From: Desulfosoma sp.
Lineage (GTDB): Bacteria; Desulfobacterota; Syntrophobacteria; Syntrophobacterales; DSM-9756
NCBI GenBank assembly: GCA_037481835.1
Contig: JBBFKW010000002.1
Location: 96,001 to 160,000 of the forward strand
Length of the DNA: 64,000 bases
Direction: 5' to 3'
Positions within the stretch are counted from its first letter, which is position 1, and each line of letters starts with the position of its first letter. A program made the translations under genes and the position numbers. Positions 48,421-56,955 of this stretch are shown in pieces. The notes under the pieces were generated by a model that was not told the origin of the DNA, did no database searches, and worked only from the letters and a program-made list of their open reading frames with translations.

Positions 48421-48655
48421 ACGCGTCCCGAGCGGGACGGGATTGGCTCGGTGCCTATCACAGCGATCCTTGAAATGCAAGCCGATTACCAGGAGGGGCC
48501 GAGGAAGGGCGAGGCAATAAAGAAGGGCTCGCGAAGAAGATGGGCCGCCGCAGGGCTGGTGGATCTGCGGAGAGCCTGAGGGTGTCAACCGCGGCGGAAG
48601 CGGGATGATCTTCACATGAAAAGCGGGGCGCCAAGCCCCGGGTGAGGAGACGTGG

Positions 48656-50869
48656 ATGGTGCGCAGTATTGCGGTGATGACCAGCGGCGGGGACGCGCCG
48701 GGCATGAACGCCGGGGTTCGGGCGGTGGTTCGGCGCGCTTTGGATTGCGGGTTAAAGGTCTACGGCATCCAAAACGGCTATGAAGGGCTGGTAAGCGGCG
48801 GTGGATCCATTCGCCCCATGGGGTGGAACGACGTGGGCGGGATCCTTCCCCGGGGCGGAACGTTTCTCGGCACGGCCCGGTCCGAAAGATTCCGCAGTCG
48901 CGAAGGTCGGCTCGAGGCCGTGAGGAATCTTGTGGCCGTGGGGATTGACGCCCTTGTGGTGATCGGAGGCGACGGGTCGCTCATGGGAGCCCATATCCTG
49001 GCGGAAGAGTGGCCGTCCCACGTGGAAGCGCTTCAGAAGGAAGGCGTATCGGAAGCGCCCCAAGCCTTGCACGTCGTGGGTCTTCCCGGATCCATCGATA
49101 ATGACCTCTACGGGACGGACATGTCCATCGGGGTGGATACGGCGCTGAACCACATCGTGCAAGCCATCGACGATTTGACGTCCACGGCGGCGTCCCACCA
49201 GCGCACCTTCGTGGTGGAAACCATGGGGCGCCACTGCGGATACCTGGCCCTCATGGGGGCTCTGGGCGGTGGAGCCTCCTGGGTGCTTGTGCCCGAAGAG
49301 GAATTGGACCTGCGCTGGCATCAGAAGATGACGCGGGCCATCGAAAAGGCGCGAGCCATCGGGCGGCCGCACCAGATGGTCGTGGTGGCGGAAGGGGCCC
49401 GCCATCCCGACGGACTGCCGATTCGAACCGAGGAACTCAAGAAGATCCTGGCGGACCGCTTGGGCATTGATGTGCGTGCGACCGTCTTGGGCCACGTGCA
49501 GCGGGGCGGGGCGCCTTCGGCTTTCGATCGGATTCTCGCCACCCGCCTGGGTGTGGCCGCCGTGGACGCCCTGGTGCAAGCGGGGGACGAGCCGCTTCGG
49601 CACATGGTCGGGCTCCAAAAGAACCGAGTGGTCATGACCCCTCTGATGGAAGTGGTGGAAAAGAGCCAAGCGGTGGGCAAGCAGATCGACCAGGGATACT
49701 ACCAGGAAGCGCAGAAACTTCGCGGGGAAGGATTCATTCGCACCCTGGAACTCATCAAGACGCTCACGCGCATCGAGCCGGCGGCGGCGACGCATACGGA
49801 CGGCGCCGTAGCGCTGCTCACCGGAGGAGCCGACGCCCCGGGGATGAACACGGCGGTGAGCATCGCCGCCCGGTGCCTCATGAACGAAGGGTTTCCCGTA
49901 CTGGGGGTGCGGGACGCCTTCTGGGGCCTGATCCGAGGGGAATTCATGCCCCTGGAATGGAACGAGCTGACCTCGTGGGTTAACCGGCCCAGTTCGGATC
50001 TGGGCACCATGAGGCACGACCTCAGTGCGCAAGACGTGGAAAGGGTGGCCCAAACCATCGAAAAGCACCAAATCCGGGGACTCATCGCCATCGGCGGCTT
50101 GGGGACCTACCAGAACGTGGTGCGGCTGGTTGAGAGGGCCTCCGAGCTGAAACCTTTGGCCATTCCCATGGTCTTGGTCCCGGCGACCATCGACAACAAC
50201 CTTCCGGGAACGGAATTCACCATCGGCTGCGATACGGCGCTGAACAACATCGTGCAGGCCATCGACAAGATCCGGCACACGGCGGGTGCCACCAAGCGCA
50301 CCTTCGTGGTGGAAGTCATGGGGCGCCAGTCCGGGTTTCTCGCCTTGATGGCGGCTTTGGCTTCCGGAGCGGAAAAGGCCTATCTGCCGGAAAAAGGCAT
50401 CACGCTGGCCGAACTGAACGAAGATGTGGCCGCCCTTCGAGAAAGCTTCCAGTGCGGAAAAAGGATGGTCATCTATCTACGAAACGAGAATGCATCGCGG
50501 CATTACACCACGGATTTCATCAGCCGCCTTTTGGAGGAGGAAAGCCATGGGCTGTACCAGGTGCGAACCGCCATCCTCGGGCATCTCCAACGGGGCGGCG
50601 TCCCGTCGGCCTTCGACCGCATTCTCGCCAGCCGCATGGGGTCGACGGCGGCTCGAGAAATGAGCGCCATGCTGCGCCAAGACCGGCGGGACGTTTTGGT
50701 CCTGGGCCAACGGGGCAGGGGTTTGGAGGTCTTTCCGTTGGCGCAGATTCTTCAAGAGATTGATTTCAAAGAGGGTCGTCCCAAAGCGGAATGGTTTCTT
50801 GAGCTTACGGCCATGGCGGAGGCGCTGGCCAAGCACGCGCCGGTCTGCCGCATGGACGAGTCGAGGTGA
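48656..50869 (+). CDS. pfkA: 6-phosphofructokinase, duplicated (eukaryote-type) architecture
   Basis: N-half TSGGDAPGMN, GGDGS, SIDND, MGR.CG; C-half GGADAPGMN, GGLGT, TIDNN, MGR.SG. Confidence 0.92.
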   Translation: MVRSIAVMTSGGDAPGMNAGVRAVVRRALDCGLKVYGIQNGYEGLVSGGGSIRPMGWNDVGGILPRGGTFLGTARSERFRSREGRLEAVRNLVAVGIDALVVIGGDGSLMGAHILAEEWPSHVEALQKEGVSEAPQALHVVGLPGSIDNDLYGTDMSIGVDTALNHIVQAIDDLTSTAASHQRTFVVETMGRHCGYLALMGALGGGASWVLVPEEELDLRWHQKMTRAIEKARAIGRPHQMVVVAEGARHPDGLPIRTEELKKILADRLGIDVRATVLGHVQRGGAPSAFDRILATRLGVAAVDALVQAGDEPLRHMVGLQKNRVVMTPLMEVVEKSQAVGKQIDQGYYQEAQKLRGEGFIRTLELIKTLTRIEPAAATHTDGAVALLTGGADAPGMNTAVSIAARCLMNEGFPVLGVRDAFWGLIRGEFMPLEWNELTSWVNRPSSDLGTMRHDLSAQDVERVAQTIEKHQIRGLIAIGGLGTYQNVVRLVERASELKPLAIPMVLVPATIDNNLPGTEFTIGCDTALNNIVQAIDKIRHTAGATKRTFVVEVMGRQSGFLALMAALASGAEKAYLPEKGITLAELNEDVAALRESFQCGKRMVIYLRNENASRHYTTDFISRLLEEESHGLYQVRTAILGHLQRGGVPSAFDRILASRMGSTAAREMSAMLRQDRRDVLVLGQRGRGLEVFPLAQILQEIDFKEGRPKAEWFLELTAMAEALAKHAPVCRMDESR

Positions 50870-50872
50870 GCC

Positions 50873-51400
50873 ATGAGACGGATGGTCTTTGTTCTGTGCC
50901 TCTGTGTGTTGGGGATTTCGGCCGGATGCGCCCACGTCATCTCTCCCGGGGTGCGCGAGCAGGCGACCATGAATCTCGGCCTGGAAGAGGTGCGTCGAAA
51001 CCCGGATTTTTACAAGGGCAAGGTGATCATCTGGAGCGGCAAGATTCTCTCCGGAGAAAACAGGGCCGACGGGACATGGTTTGAAATCCTCGAACTGCCG
51101 GCCGACCGGCAGGGAAAACCGTCCAATTCCACTCGATCGGGAGGAAGGTTTCTCGCCAAAGATCCTCGCTTTGTGGACACGGCCCTCTTTGCTCCCAACC
51201 GGCTGGTGACCGTGGCCGGGACCATCACCGGAACGGAGCAGAGGAACGTGGGCGCCGTTTCCTACGTGTACCCCGTCGTGACCGTCCTGGAAATGCACCT
51301 ATGGCCCGAGGAACCGGTGGTCATCCGGGACCCCTATTGGGAGGACCGGTACCCTCCCATTTGGTGGCGGTTTTACTTCGGGCACGGGTGGTGCTGGTGA
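50873..51400 (+). CDS. Slp-family outer-membrane lipoprotein
   Basis: Lipobox SAGC; V.W.G.I, GRFLA, VTVAG.I, Y.YPV, HLW. Confidence 0.88.
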   Translation: MRRMVFVLCLCVLGISAGCAHVISPGVREQATMNLGLEEVRRNPDFYKGKVIIWSGKILSGENRADGTWFEILELPADRQGKPSNSTRSGGRFLAKDPRFVDTALFAPNRLVTVAGTITGTEQRNVGAVSYVYPVVTVLEMHLWPEEPVVIRDPYWEDRYPPIWWRFYFGHGWCW

Positions 51401-51406
51401 GCGCCC

Positions 51407-53476
51407 CTAAACCGGGACGATGCGGCACGGGATGGCCCGAACCTGCGGTGTCGCCATCACGGGGTCCGTTCGGTCCACCGCCGTAAGCATGTTGAGGTTG
51501 GCCGTCTCCCAACCCCGCAAAGGATCGTGGGTCCTTTCCGGGAACCACCAGCCGTAGTCGGCCGACACCACGGGGTGTTTCAGCGCGTCCGTGAGATGAG
51601 CCCGTTGCTGGATCCGACCGTAGGCCGTCTCGATGGCCACGTGCTGTCCTTCGTCGATGCCCAGCCGAGCTGCCGTATCCCTTGGAATCCACACGACGGG
51701 TTCCGGGTGTTTCTTGCGCAGGCTCTCCAGGTGCCTGTAGGCCGAGTGGAAAAAGTCCTTGGGCTTTCGGCTGGTGAGCAGCAGGGGGAAATCGTCCGGC
51801 AGGGGCCCGGGGTCCTCGGCTGCCGGAAGCGCCTCAAATCCCCACTTTTCCAGGAGGCTTGATCGCAGTTCCACCTTGCCGGACGGGGTCTTGAATCCTT
51901 TGTCCCGGTACGTTCGAAAGCGCTTGGGTCCGAACAGCACTCCTTTTTGGCAAAACTCGGCGTAAGAGATCCCGGATGGAGCCAGGATGGCTTCCAGGAT
52001 GGCCTCGGGACCGTCCCAAAACCGATGGGCCAGTCCCAGGCGTTTTCCCCATTCGTTCAGGATCCACAAGTCCGAACGGCACCCTTCGGGAGGATCCACC
52101 ACCTTGGGGCGTGCCGTGACGAACCCGTGGGGCAGGCCGTAGTGGCCCATATCGTCGTATTCCATGGGCAGGGCAATGGGGAGCACCACGTCCGCCAGCG
52201 CGGCCGTGGGCGTCATGACCTGGTCGGCCACAGCCAGAAAATCCAAGGACTCCAGAGCCCTCTTGACGCTCGGGGCCTCGGAGTAACTGAGCATGGGGTT
52301 GGTGCCTTGCACGTACAGGCAGCGGATGGGGTAGGGGGCCTGCTTGAGAATGGATTGCACCACCATCCAGCTGGGCACGGAAATGAGGCGCGGCAGGATG
52401 CCGTGGTGGTGGTTGAGGAGCTTCCTGGGACGATCGGGAAAATCATCCAGAGCGATCATGTCCTTGAGGGGCAAGAGGCGCGGCATTTCAGTGCGCACAT
52501 TGCCCCCGGGTTCTTCCAAATTGCCCGTGACGGCCATGAGATGCACCAGGGCGCGACACGTGTGGGCGCTGTTGGGGGTGTGTTCCACGGCGTTACCCCA
52601 CTGGAGGCACGCCGGGCGGGATCGGGCGTAAAGCCGTGCCGCCGAGACGATCTTTTCCCTGTCCACCCAGCAGCCGGCGGCGACCCGATCGGGCGTATAG
52701 GATTGCACGGCCCGGCGCAGATCGTCGAAGCCCACCGTCCACTGATCCACGAACTCCCGATCGTACAGTCCCTCTTCCAAGATCACATGGAGGAAGCCCA
52801 TGGCGAGCAGGTCGTCCGTGCCGGGGCGGATCTGGAGCCACAGGTCGGCTTTTTCGGCCGCACCCGTCCGCATGGGGTCCACGACCACAAGACGCGCACC
52901 TTGCTTGAGGCACGCATGGAGATGGCCTCCCAGAACCCCTTCCTCGTTGGTGGCCGAAGGGTTACTCCCCCACAAGAGCACGCACCGAGACGGGCCGTGC
53001 AAATCGGCTACGGGAAAGAATCCGCAGGTGACGAGAGCCATCTGTTCCCGAGGCATGTGACACACGTGCTGGCTTCCGGCCACGTTGGGGCAGCGGAGCA
53101 GGTTCGCCAGGCGAAGGAGCAGGAAAAATTCCGGGCCCTTGGGCGCCCCCTGGGCGAAAGCGAGGCTTTCCGGTCCCGTGGCCTGCAGCGCCTTGGAAAA
53201 GGCCTGGGTCAGTTGGCCCAGAGCCTCATCCCAGGAAATGGGTTTCCACAGGCCGGAGCCTCGAGGCCCGTTTCGCTGAAGGGGCTGAGTGAGCCTCAAG
53301 GGATGTTCCAAGCGCTCTTTCGCGGAAAGGCCTTTGCGGCAATGCCAGCCACGGCTGAAAGGATCGTCGGGGTCCGGCGCCACCGTGTCGATACGGCCGT
53401 CCTCGACGGCCACCTTCAAGCCGCAGCCGCCATGATCAAAGCGGGCACAATGGGTCCGAAACCATTCCTGCGCCAT
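51407..53476 (-). CDS. Cytoplasmic Mo/W-bisPGD oxidoreductase, acetylene-hydratase-like clade
   Basis: RL..PL.R.G.RG.G.W..ISWDEAL, WGSNP, VDP, IRPGTD, FKTPSGKVE, FHS; putative Cys ligand in HVCH; no Tat signal. Confidence 0.85.
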   Translation of the reverse strand: MAQEWFRTHCARFDHGGCGLKVAVEDGRIDTVAPDPDDPFSRGWHCRKGLSAKERLEHPLRLTQPLQRNGPRGSGLWKPISWDEALGQLTQAFSKALQATGPESLAFAQGAPKGPEFFLLLRLANLLRCPNVAGSQHVCHMPREQMALVTCGFFPVADLHGPSRCVLLWGSNPSATNEEGVLGGHLHACLKQGARLVVVDPMRTGAAEKADLWLQIRPGTDDLLAMGFLHVILEEGLYDREFVDQWTVGFDDLRRAVQSYTPDRVAAGCWVDREKIVSAARLYARSRPACLQWGNAVEHTPNSAHTCRALVHLMAVTGNLEEPGGNVRTEMPRLLPLKDMIALDDFPDRPRKLLNHHHGILPRLISVPSWMVVQSILKQAPYPIRCLYVQGTNPMLSYSEAPSVKRALESLDFLAVADQVMTPTAALADVVLPIALPMEYDDMGHYGLPHGFVTARPKVVDPPEGCRSDLWILNEWGKRLGLAHRFWDGPEAILEAILAPSGISYAEFCQKGVLFGPKRFRTYRDKGFKTPSGKVELRSSLLEKWGFEALPAAEDPGPLPDDFPLLLTSRKPKDFFHSAYRHLESLRKKHPEPVVWIPRDTAARLGIDEGQHVAIETAYGRIQQRAHLTDALKHPVVSADYGWWFPERTHDPLRGWETANLNMLTAVDRTDPVMATPQVRAIPCRIVPV

Positions 53477-53502
53477 GGTTTTTTCCTCATAGACCTTCAC
53501 AG

Positions 53503-53844
53503 TCACGATGGGAGGTTCGCTCTCGCCTTTTCCAGCAGGACCGTCAATTCCAAGGATTTTTGGGCGATGGTTTCCAAGGTCTCCGCGACCTCGGGAAGGC
53601 CTTCCGAGCGGGCGCGCTGCGCCCACAGGCGGTAGGAGGTCACGTGATCGTGGTTATGATGCACCCAATGATCGAGCATCTTGGCAAGTTTTTCCTTGGC
53701 GGACAGGGGGCTGGGGGAGTGTTCGTCTTGGGACGCTTCTGCTTCGGGGCCGGCGTGCGTCGCGTGCCCGGGGTCGTGGTGATGGTGGTGGTGTCCGTGT
53801 CCGTGCCCGTGATGATGGGAGTCGTCATGGTGATGATGTGTCAT
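53503..53844 (-). CDS. His-rich putative metal chaperone/storage protein
   Basis: 17 His in the first 30 residues; helical domain with HWVHHNHDH; RBS GAGGAAGG. Confidence 0.85.
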   Translation of the reverse strand: MTHHHHDDSHHHGHGHGHHHHHHDPGHATHAGPEAEASQDEHSPSPLSAKEKLAKMLDHWVHHNHDHVTSYRLWAQRARSEGLPEVAETLETIAQKSLELTVLLEKARANLPS

Positions 53845-53868
53845 GGGTGTCCCTTCCTCAAAGGAGGA

Positions 53869-54672
53869 TCACTTCATGTCTGTGGTGTGGACCCAGAAGA
53901 CCGCGCCGATTTCCACGGGCTTGGGAACCCCGTCTTTTTTGAGCTTCCACGGAGCTTCGCTGAGCGCCGCAAAGCCCCACCAGCCGGCTCGAGGCATGGC
54001 ATAGGTGAACACGCCGTTGCGGTCGGCTTTGACCACCTGGGTCACGTACGGGTCCGAAGGGGCCTTGACTGTGGAGGGATTATCCGGCGATTCGTTGAGG
54101 TATTCCACTTCCACCTCGGCGTAAGGGACGGGTTTTCCTTTGAGGAGCACCCGGCCGGTAAAGACATTTCCGGTCCATAGGCCGTAGGGCCTGGTCAGCG
54201 GCACGATTTCCGTCTCCAAACCGACCTCTGCGTCCCAGCCTTCCTCCAATCCCAGGGCCTGCACGCACACCTTGGTGTAGTGCACGATGTACTTGTCCTC
54301 GGCGGGTTCCCAGTAGGGAGCCGGCTCCAAGAAGAAGAGATAGTCGCCGGGCTTTCGGATGGCGGTGGTCGTCTCCCAAAACGTAAAATCGCGATCCTGA
54401 TCCGGGGCACGCCCTTTACGGGCCTGGAGGGATGGGGTAAGGTCCGTTTTCTGACCCTTGTGGAGGAAACCGAACCGTTTGGGTTTTTCCATGTCCATGT
54501 AGTGGCCTTCCATGGGATGGAGGAACTTGGCCTGAACGGTCACGGTCTTGGGGTCATCGGAGGTGACGATGTCGTCGGAGGGGAGGATCAGCCCGAAATG
54601 GGCCACGGCGCGATCGGCGCCCATGAGAAAACAGGACAAGAGAGCAAGGCACACAACGGTCAAGCGTTTCAT
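53869..54672 (-). CDS. DUF4198 periplasmic Ni/Co-uptake-associated protein
   Basis: Signal peptide ending [39 protein letters not shown]. Confidence 0.88.
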   Translation of the reverse strand: MKRLTVVCLALLSCFLMGADRAVAHFGLILPSDDIVTSDDPKTVTVQAKFLHPMEGHYMDMEKPKRFGFLHKGQKTDLTPSLQARKGRAPDQDRDFTFWETTTAIRKPGDYLFFLEPAPYWEPAEDKYIVHYTKVCVQALGLEEGWDAEVGLETEIVPLTRPYGLWTGNVFTGRVLLKGKPVPYAEVEVEYLNESPDNPSTVKAPSDPYVTQVVKADRNGVFTYAMPRAGWWGFAALSEAPWKLKKDGVPKPVEIGAVFWVHTTDMK

Positions 54673-54802
54673 GGCAACCTCCTTCACTGAAGCGGGCCGA
54701 TGGGTTTGGGAAAGCTTCTGCGTCATGAGCCGGGTCTTCGTGACCGGAGGTTCATGGGAGGGTTCCACCGGGGAACCTTGTGGGGTTTGTGGGGTCGTGC
54801 CG

Positions 54803-54860
54803 GGAAAGTTTCAACTTTCCATTACCGGCCTAATGTGAAGGAAAACGCAGGACCTGTCAA
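54803..54860. promoter_or_regulatory. Divergent promoter region with two adjacent palindromes
   Basis: GGAAAGTT-TC-AACTTTCC (54803-54820), CATTA-N6-TAATG (54820-54835), minus-strand TTGACA (54855-54860). Confidence 0.5.
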
Positions 54861-54876
54861 GGCGCGGAGGACAGAA

Positions 54877-55149
54877 GTGACAAAGGAAAGATCCGTGGCA
54901 GGAAAAACGGCGCAACAGGACGACGGCATTGCCGATTACCGGGGCGATTGTTGAGCGGGCTTTCTGGACGTAAGTTTACGTCTTCGGTTTTTGCGGCCGG
55001 GCGAAGGGTTCCGCATCCGCGTCACGGCCGACCAGCGCCCCAAGATGGAACGGGTGGTGGCCCACAACGGCGGCATTGTGGCCGACCTGCTCCAAAAGCC
55101 AGACGCTGTGGAAATGCTCATCGTCAGAAAACCCAAAGAGCCCTCCTAA
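54877..55149 (+). CDS. TusA/SirA-like selenoprotein (90 aa; Cys25-Sec26), truncated at the TGA in the ORF track
   Basis: RBS GGAGG + GTG; DYRGDC-TGA(54952-54954)-AGFLDVSLRLRFLRPGEGFRIRV...GG.V...EMLIVRK to TAA, matching the TusA pattern; SECIS-like hairpin right after the TGA. Confidence 0.8.
54955..54994 (+). promoter_or_regulatory. Putative bacterial SECIS element
   Basis: GACGTA-AGTT-TACGTC stem-loop (54967-54982) with loop G 20 nt after the UGA; extendable lower stem with G-U pairs. Confidence 0.7.
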
Positions 55150-55351
55150 CGTTCGGTTTGCCACTCCCTCGTTTCCGCTCACGAGGCTTTCTTTGCGCCT
55201 TTGCGCAAGACCTTTTTACCTCGCGCCAGGCCCCAAGGCGCTGTTTTGTTTGACATGAGCCTCCACGTCTCCACCCTGGGGGATCTCATGAAAAATTTCC
55301 CTTGACACGACCGGGCGGGGCTTGTTACCCGTAGAGCACAATTTTTCATGA

Positions 55352-55515
55352 GCGGTCAGGTGCTCGGCGCTTAAAAGGGAATCCCGTGAGAGTCGGGAGC
55401 GGTCCCGCCGCTGTGAACGGGGACGGCGCCTGCAGGAATGCCACTGGCGACGAAAAATCGCCGGGAAGGTGCAGGCGTTCGGATGATCCGTGAGCCAGAA
55501 GACCTGCCTGATCGC
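55352..55515 (+). ncRNA. Cobalamin riboswitch
   Basis: AGGTGC, AAAAGGGAA, CCCGCCGCTGT, GCCACTG, GGGAAG, B12 box GAGCCAGAAGACCTGCC; P1 GCGGTCAGG/CCTGATCGC. Confidence 0.95.
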
Positions 55516-55580
55516 CGGGAAACACGGCACGGGTGCATGCCGTCACGTTTCCGCCGCAAGGACCAAGCGAAACTGGGTGC

Positions 55581-55616
55581 AATCCTTAGAGCTGCCGGCT
55601 CTAAGGATTTTTTTTT
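55581..55616 (+). terminator. Intrinsic terminator in the riboswitch expression platform
   Basis: AATCCTTAGAGC-TGCCG-GCTCTAAGGATT followed by a T run. Confidence 0.9.
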
Positions 55617-55732
55617 GGGAAAGGACGGCCCATCCTTTCCCCGCACCACCCTCCTCATCGTTCCTTTCACCCTTTAACCGCTCGGGGACGACGCCGTGCG
55701 TCCCCGAGCGCACCCAAAAATGGAGGAACATC

Positions 55733-55978
55733 ATGAAAAGAGGACTCATCGTTTATGTGACGGGCGGTGGAGAACTTCACGAAGAAAGCTGGGGTTCCTA
55801 CGCGTGCATGGACCGCTTCGGGGCCGACGCGGTGGGGGTCGCCCGCAGCGAATTCGACATCGCCGAAAACTGGTGGCGCATGATCACTCGAGGCATGCAG
55901 GAAATCCTCTGCGTGCGGGCTCAGGTAAGTGACGACGGCATGAGCATCATCGGGGCTCCTTTGAGGATTTGCGGCTGA
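55733..55978 (+). CDS. Small hypothetical protein under B12 riboswitch control (81 aa)
   Basis: RBS GGAGG; first ORF after the riboswitch; alternating beta/alpha pattern; ends LRICG. Confidence 0.75.
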   Translation: MKRGLIVYVTGGGELHEESWGSYACMDRFGADAVGVARSEFDIAENWWRMITRGMQEILCVRAQVSDDGMSIIGAPLRICG

Positions 55979-56037
55979 GGGAGCGCGCGGCTCGGGCGGG
56001 CCATGGATTCTTTTGCCTTGGGAAAGGAGAACACTCT

Positions 56038-56955
56038 ATGCTCAAAAGGTTCGTGAAACATCCGGGGGTTCTTCTGGGCGTTCTTGGTCTTTTGGTGGTT
56101 TTTTGCGGAGGCTTCGGGGTGGATAAGGCTTTTGCCAAACACGGGGCGGATCGAGAAGGCAAGCAGGCGATCCTGGTGGTGGCTTTCGGCACCAGTGTGC
56201 CGGAAGCGAAGAAGGCGTACGATGCCATCGACAAGCGCATCGGGGAGGCTTTCCCCGGCATGGAAAGGCGCTGGGCGTACACGTCGGGCATCATCCGGAA
56301 AAAGCTCCGATCCCAGGGAACCGAGATCCATTCCCCGGAAACGGCTATGGCCAAACTCATGGAAGACGGCTTTACTCATGTGGCCGTTGTGTCCCTGCAC
56401 GTCATTCCCGGGGCCGAATTCCACGACCTCTACACGAACGCTCGGCTGTTCACCCAGATGTCGGGCGGGTTCAAAAAGGTGACGTTCGCCATGCCGCTCC
56501 TTTCGTCCACTGAGGACATGGCGGACGTCGTGCGCGCCGTCACGGCCGCCGTCCCTCGGGAGCGCCGCCCTGAAGAAGCGGTGGTCTTCATGGGGCACGG
56601 GAGCGAGCATCACCCGGCCGACGCTTTCTATACGGCCATGGACGCCCTTTTTCAGAAGCAGGATCCCAACATGTTCCTTGCCACCGTGGAAGGCTCGCCA
56701 GGCTTCGACGATGTGCTGCCCGTCCTCGAGAGCCGCAAAATCAAGAAAGCCTACCTCATCCCCTTCATGGTCGTCGCCGGGGATCACGCCCGAAACGACA
56801 TGGCGGGAGACGACGCAGACAGCTGGAAGTCCCGCCTCGCCGCCAAGGGCATTGCGGCGGTCCCCGTTTTTCGGGGTATGGGTGAAATTCCCGATGTGGT
56901 GGACGTTTGGGTCCGTCACCTGCGTTCGGCCGTGGAGGCCTTGGGGACGCCGTAA
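56038..56955 (+). CDS. cbiK: Periplasmic-type sirohydrochlorin cobaltochelatase CbiK
   Basis: Signal peptide; VAFGTS, WAYTS..IR.KL, LHVIPG.EF, FMGHG, TVEG, PFM.VAGDHA.NDMAG. Confidence 0.92.
   Translation: MLKRFVKHPGVLLGVLGLLVVFCGGFGVDKAFAKHGADREGKQAILVVAFGTSVPEAKKAYDAIDKRIGEAFPGMERRWAYTSGIIRKKLRSQGTEIHSPETAMAKLMEDGFTHVAVVSLHVIPGAEFHDLYTNARLFTQMSGGFKKVTFAMPLLSSTEDMADVVRAVTAAVPRERRPEEAVVFMGHGSEHHPADAFYTAMDALFQKQDPNMFLATVEGSPGFDDVLPVLESRKIKKAYLIPFMVVAGDHARNDMAGDDADSWKSRLAAKGIAAVPVFRGMGEIPDVVDVWVRHLRSAVEALGTP

Noticed and set aside
53770..53840. Repetitive GTG/ATG tract resembling a microsatellite or CRISPR
   Set aside because: It is the His-rich coding sequence; no repeat-spacer array or cas gene is present in the window.
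55179..55256. 25-aa basic minus-strand ORF with GGAGG RBS (MSNKTAPWGLARGKKVLRKGAKKAS)
   Set aside because: Very short and overlaps a CTTTGCGCCTTTGCGC repeat/hairpin-like tract; no other support.
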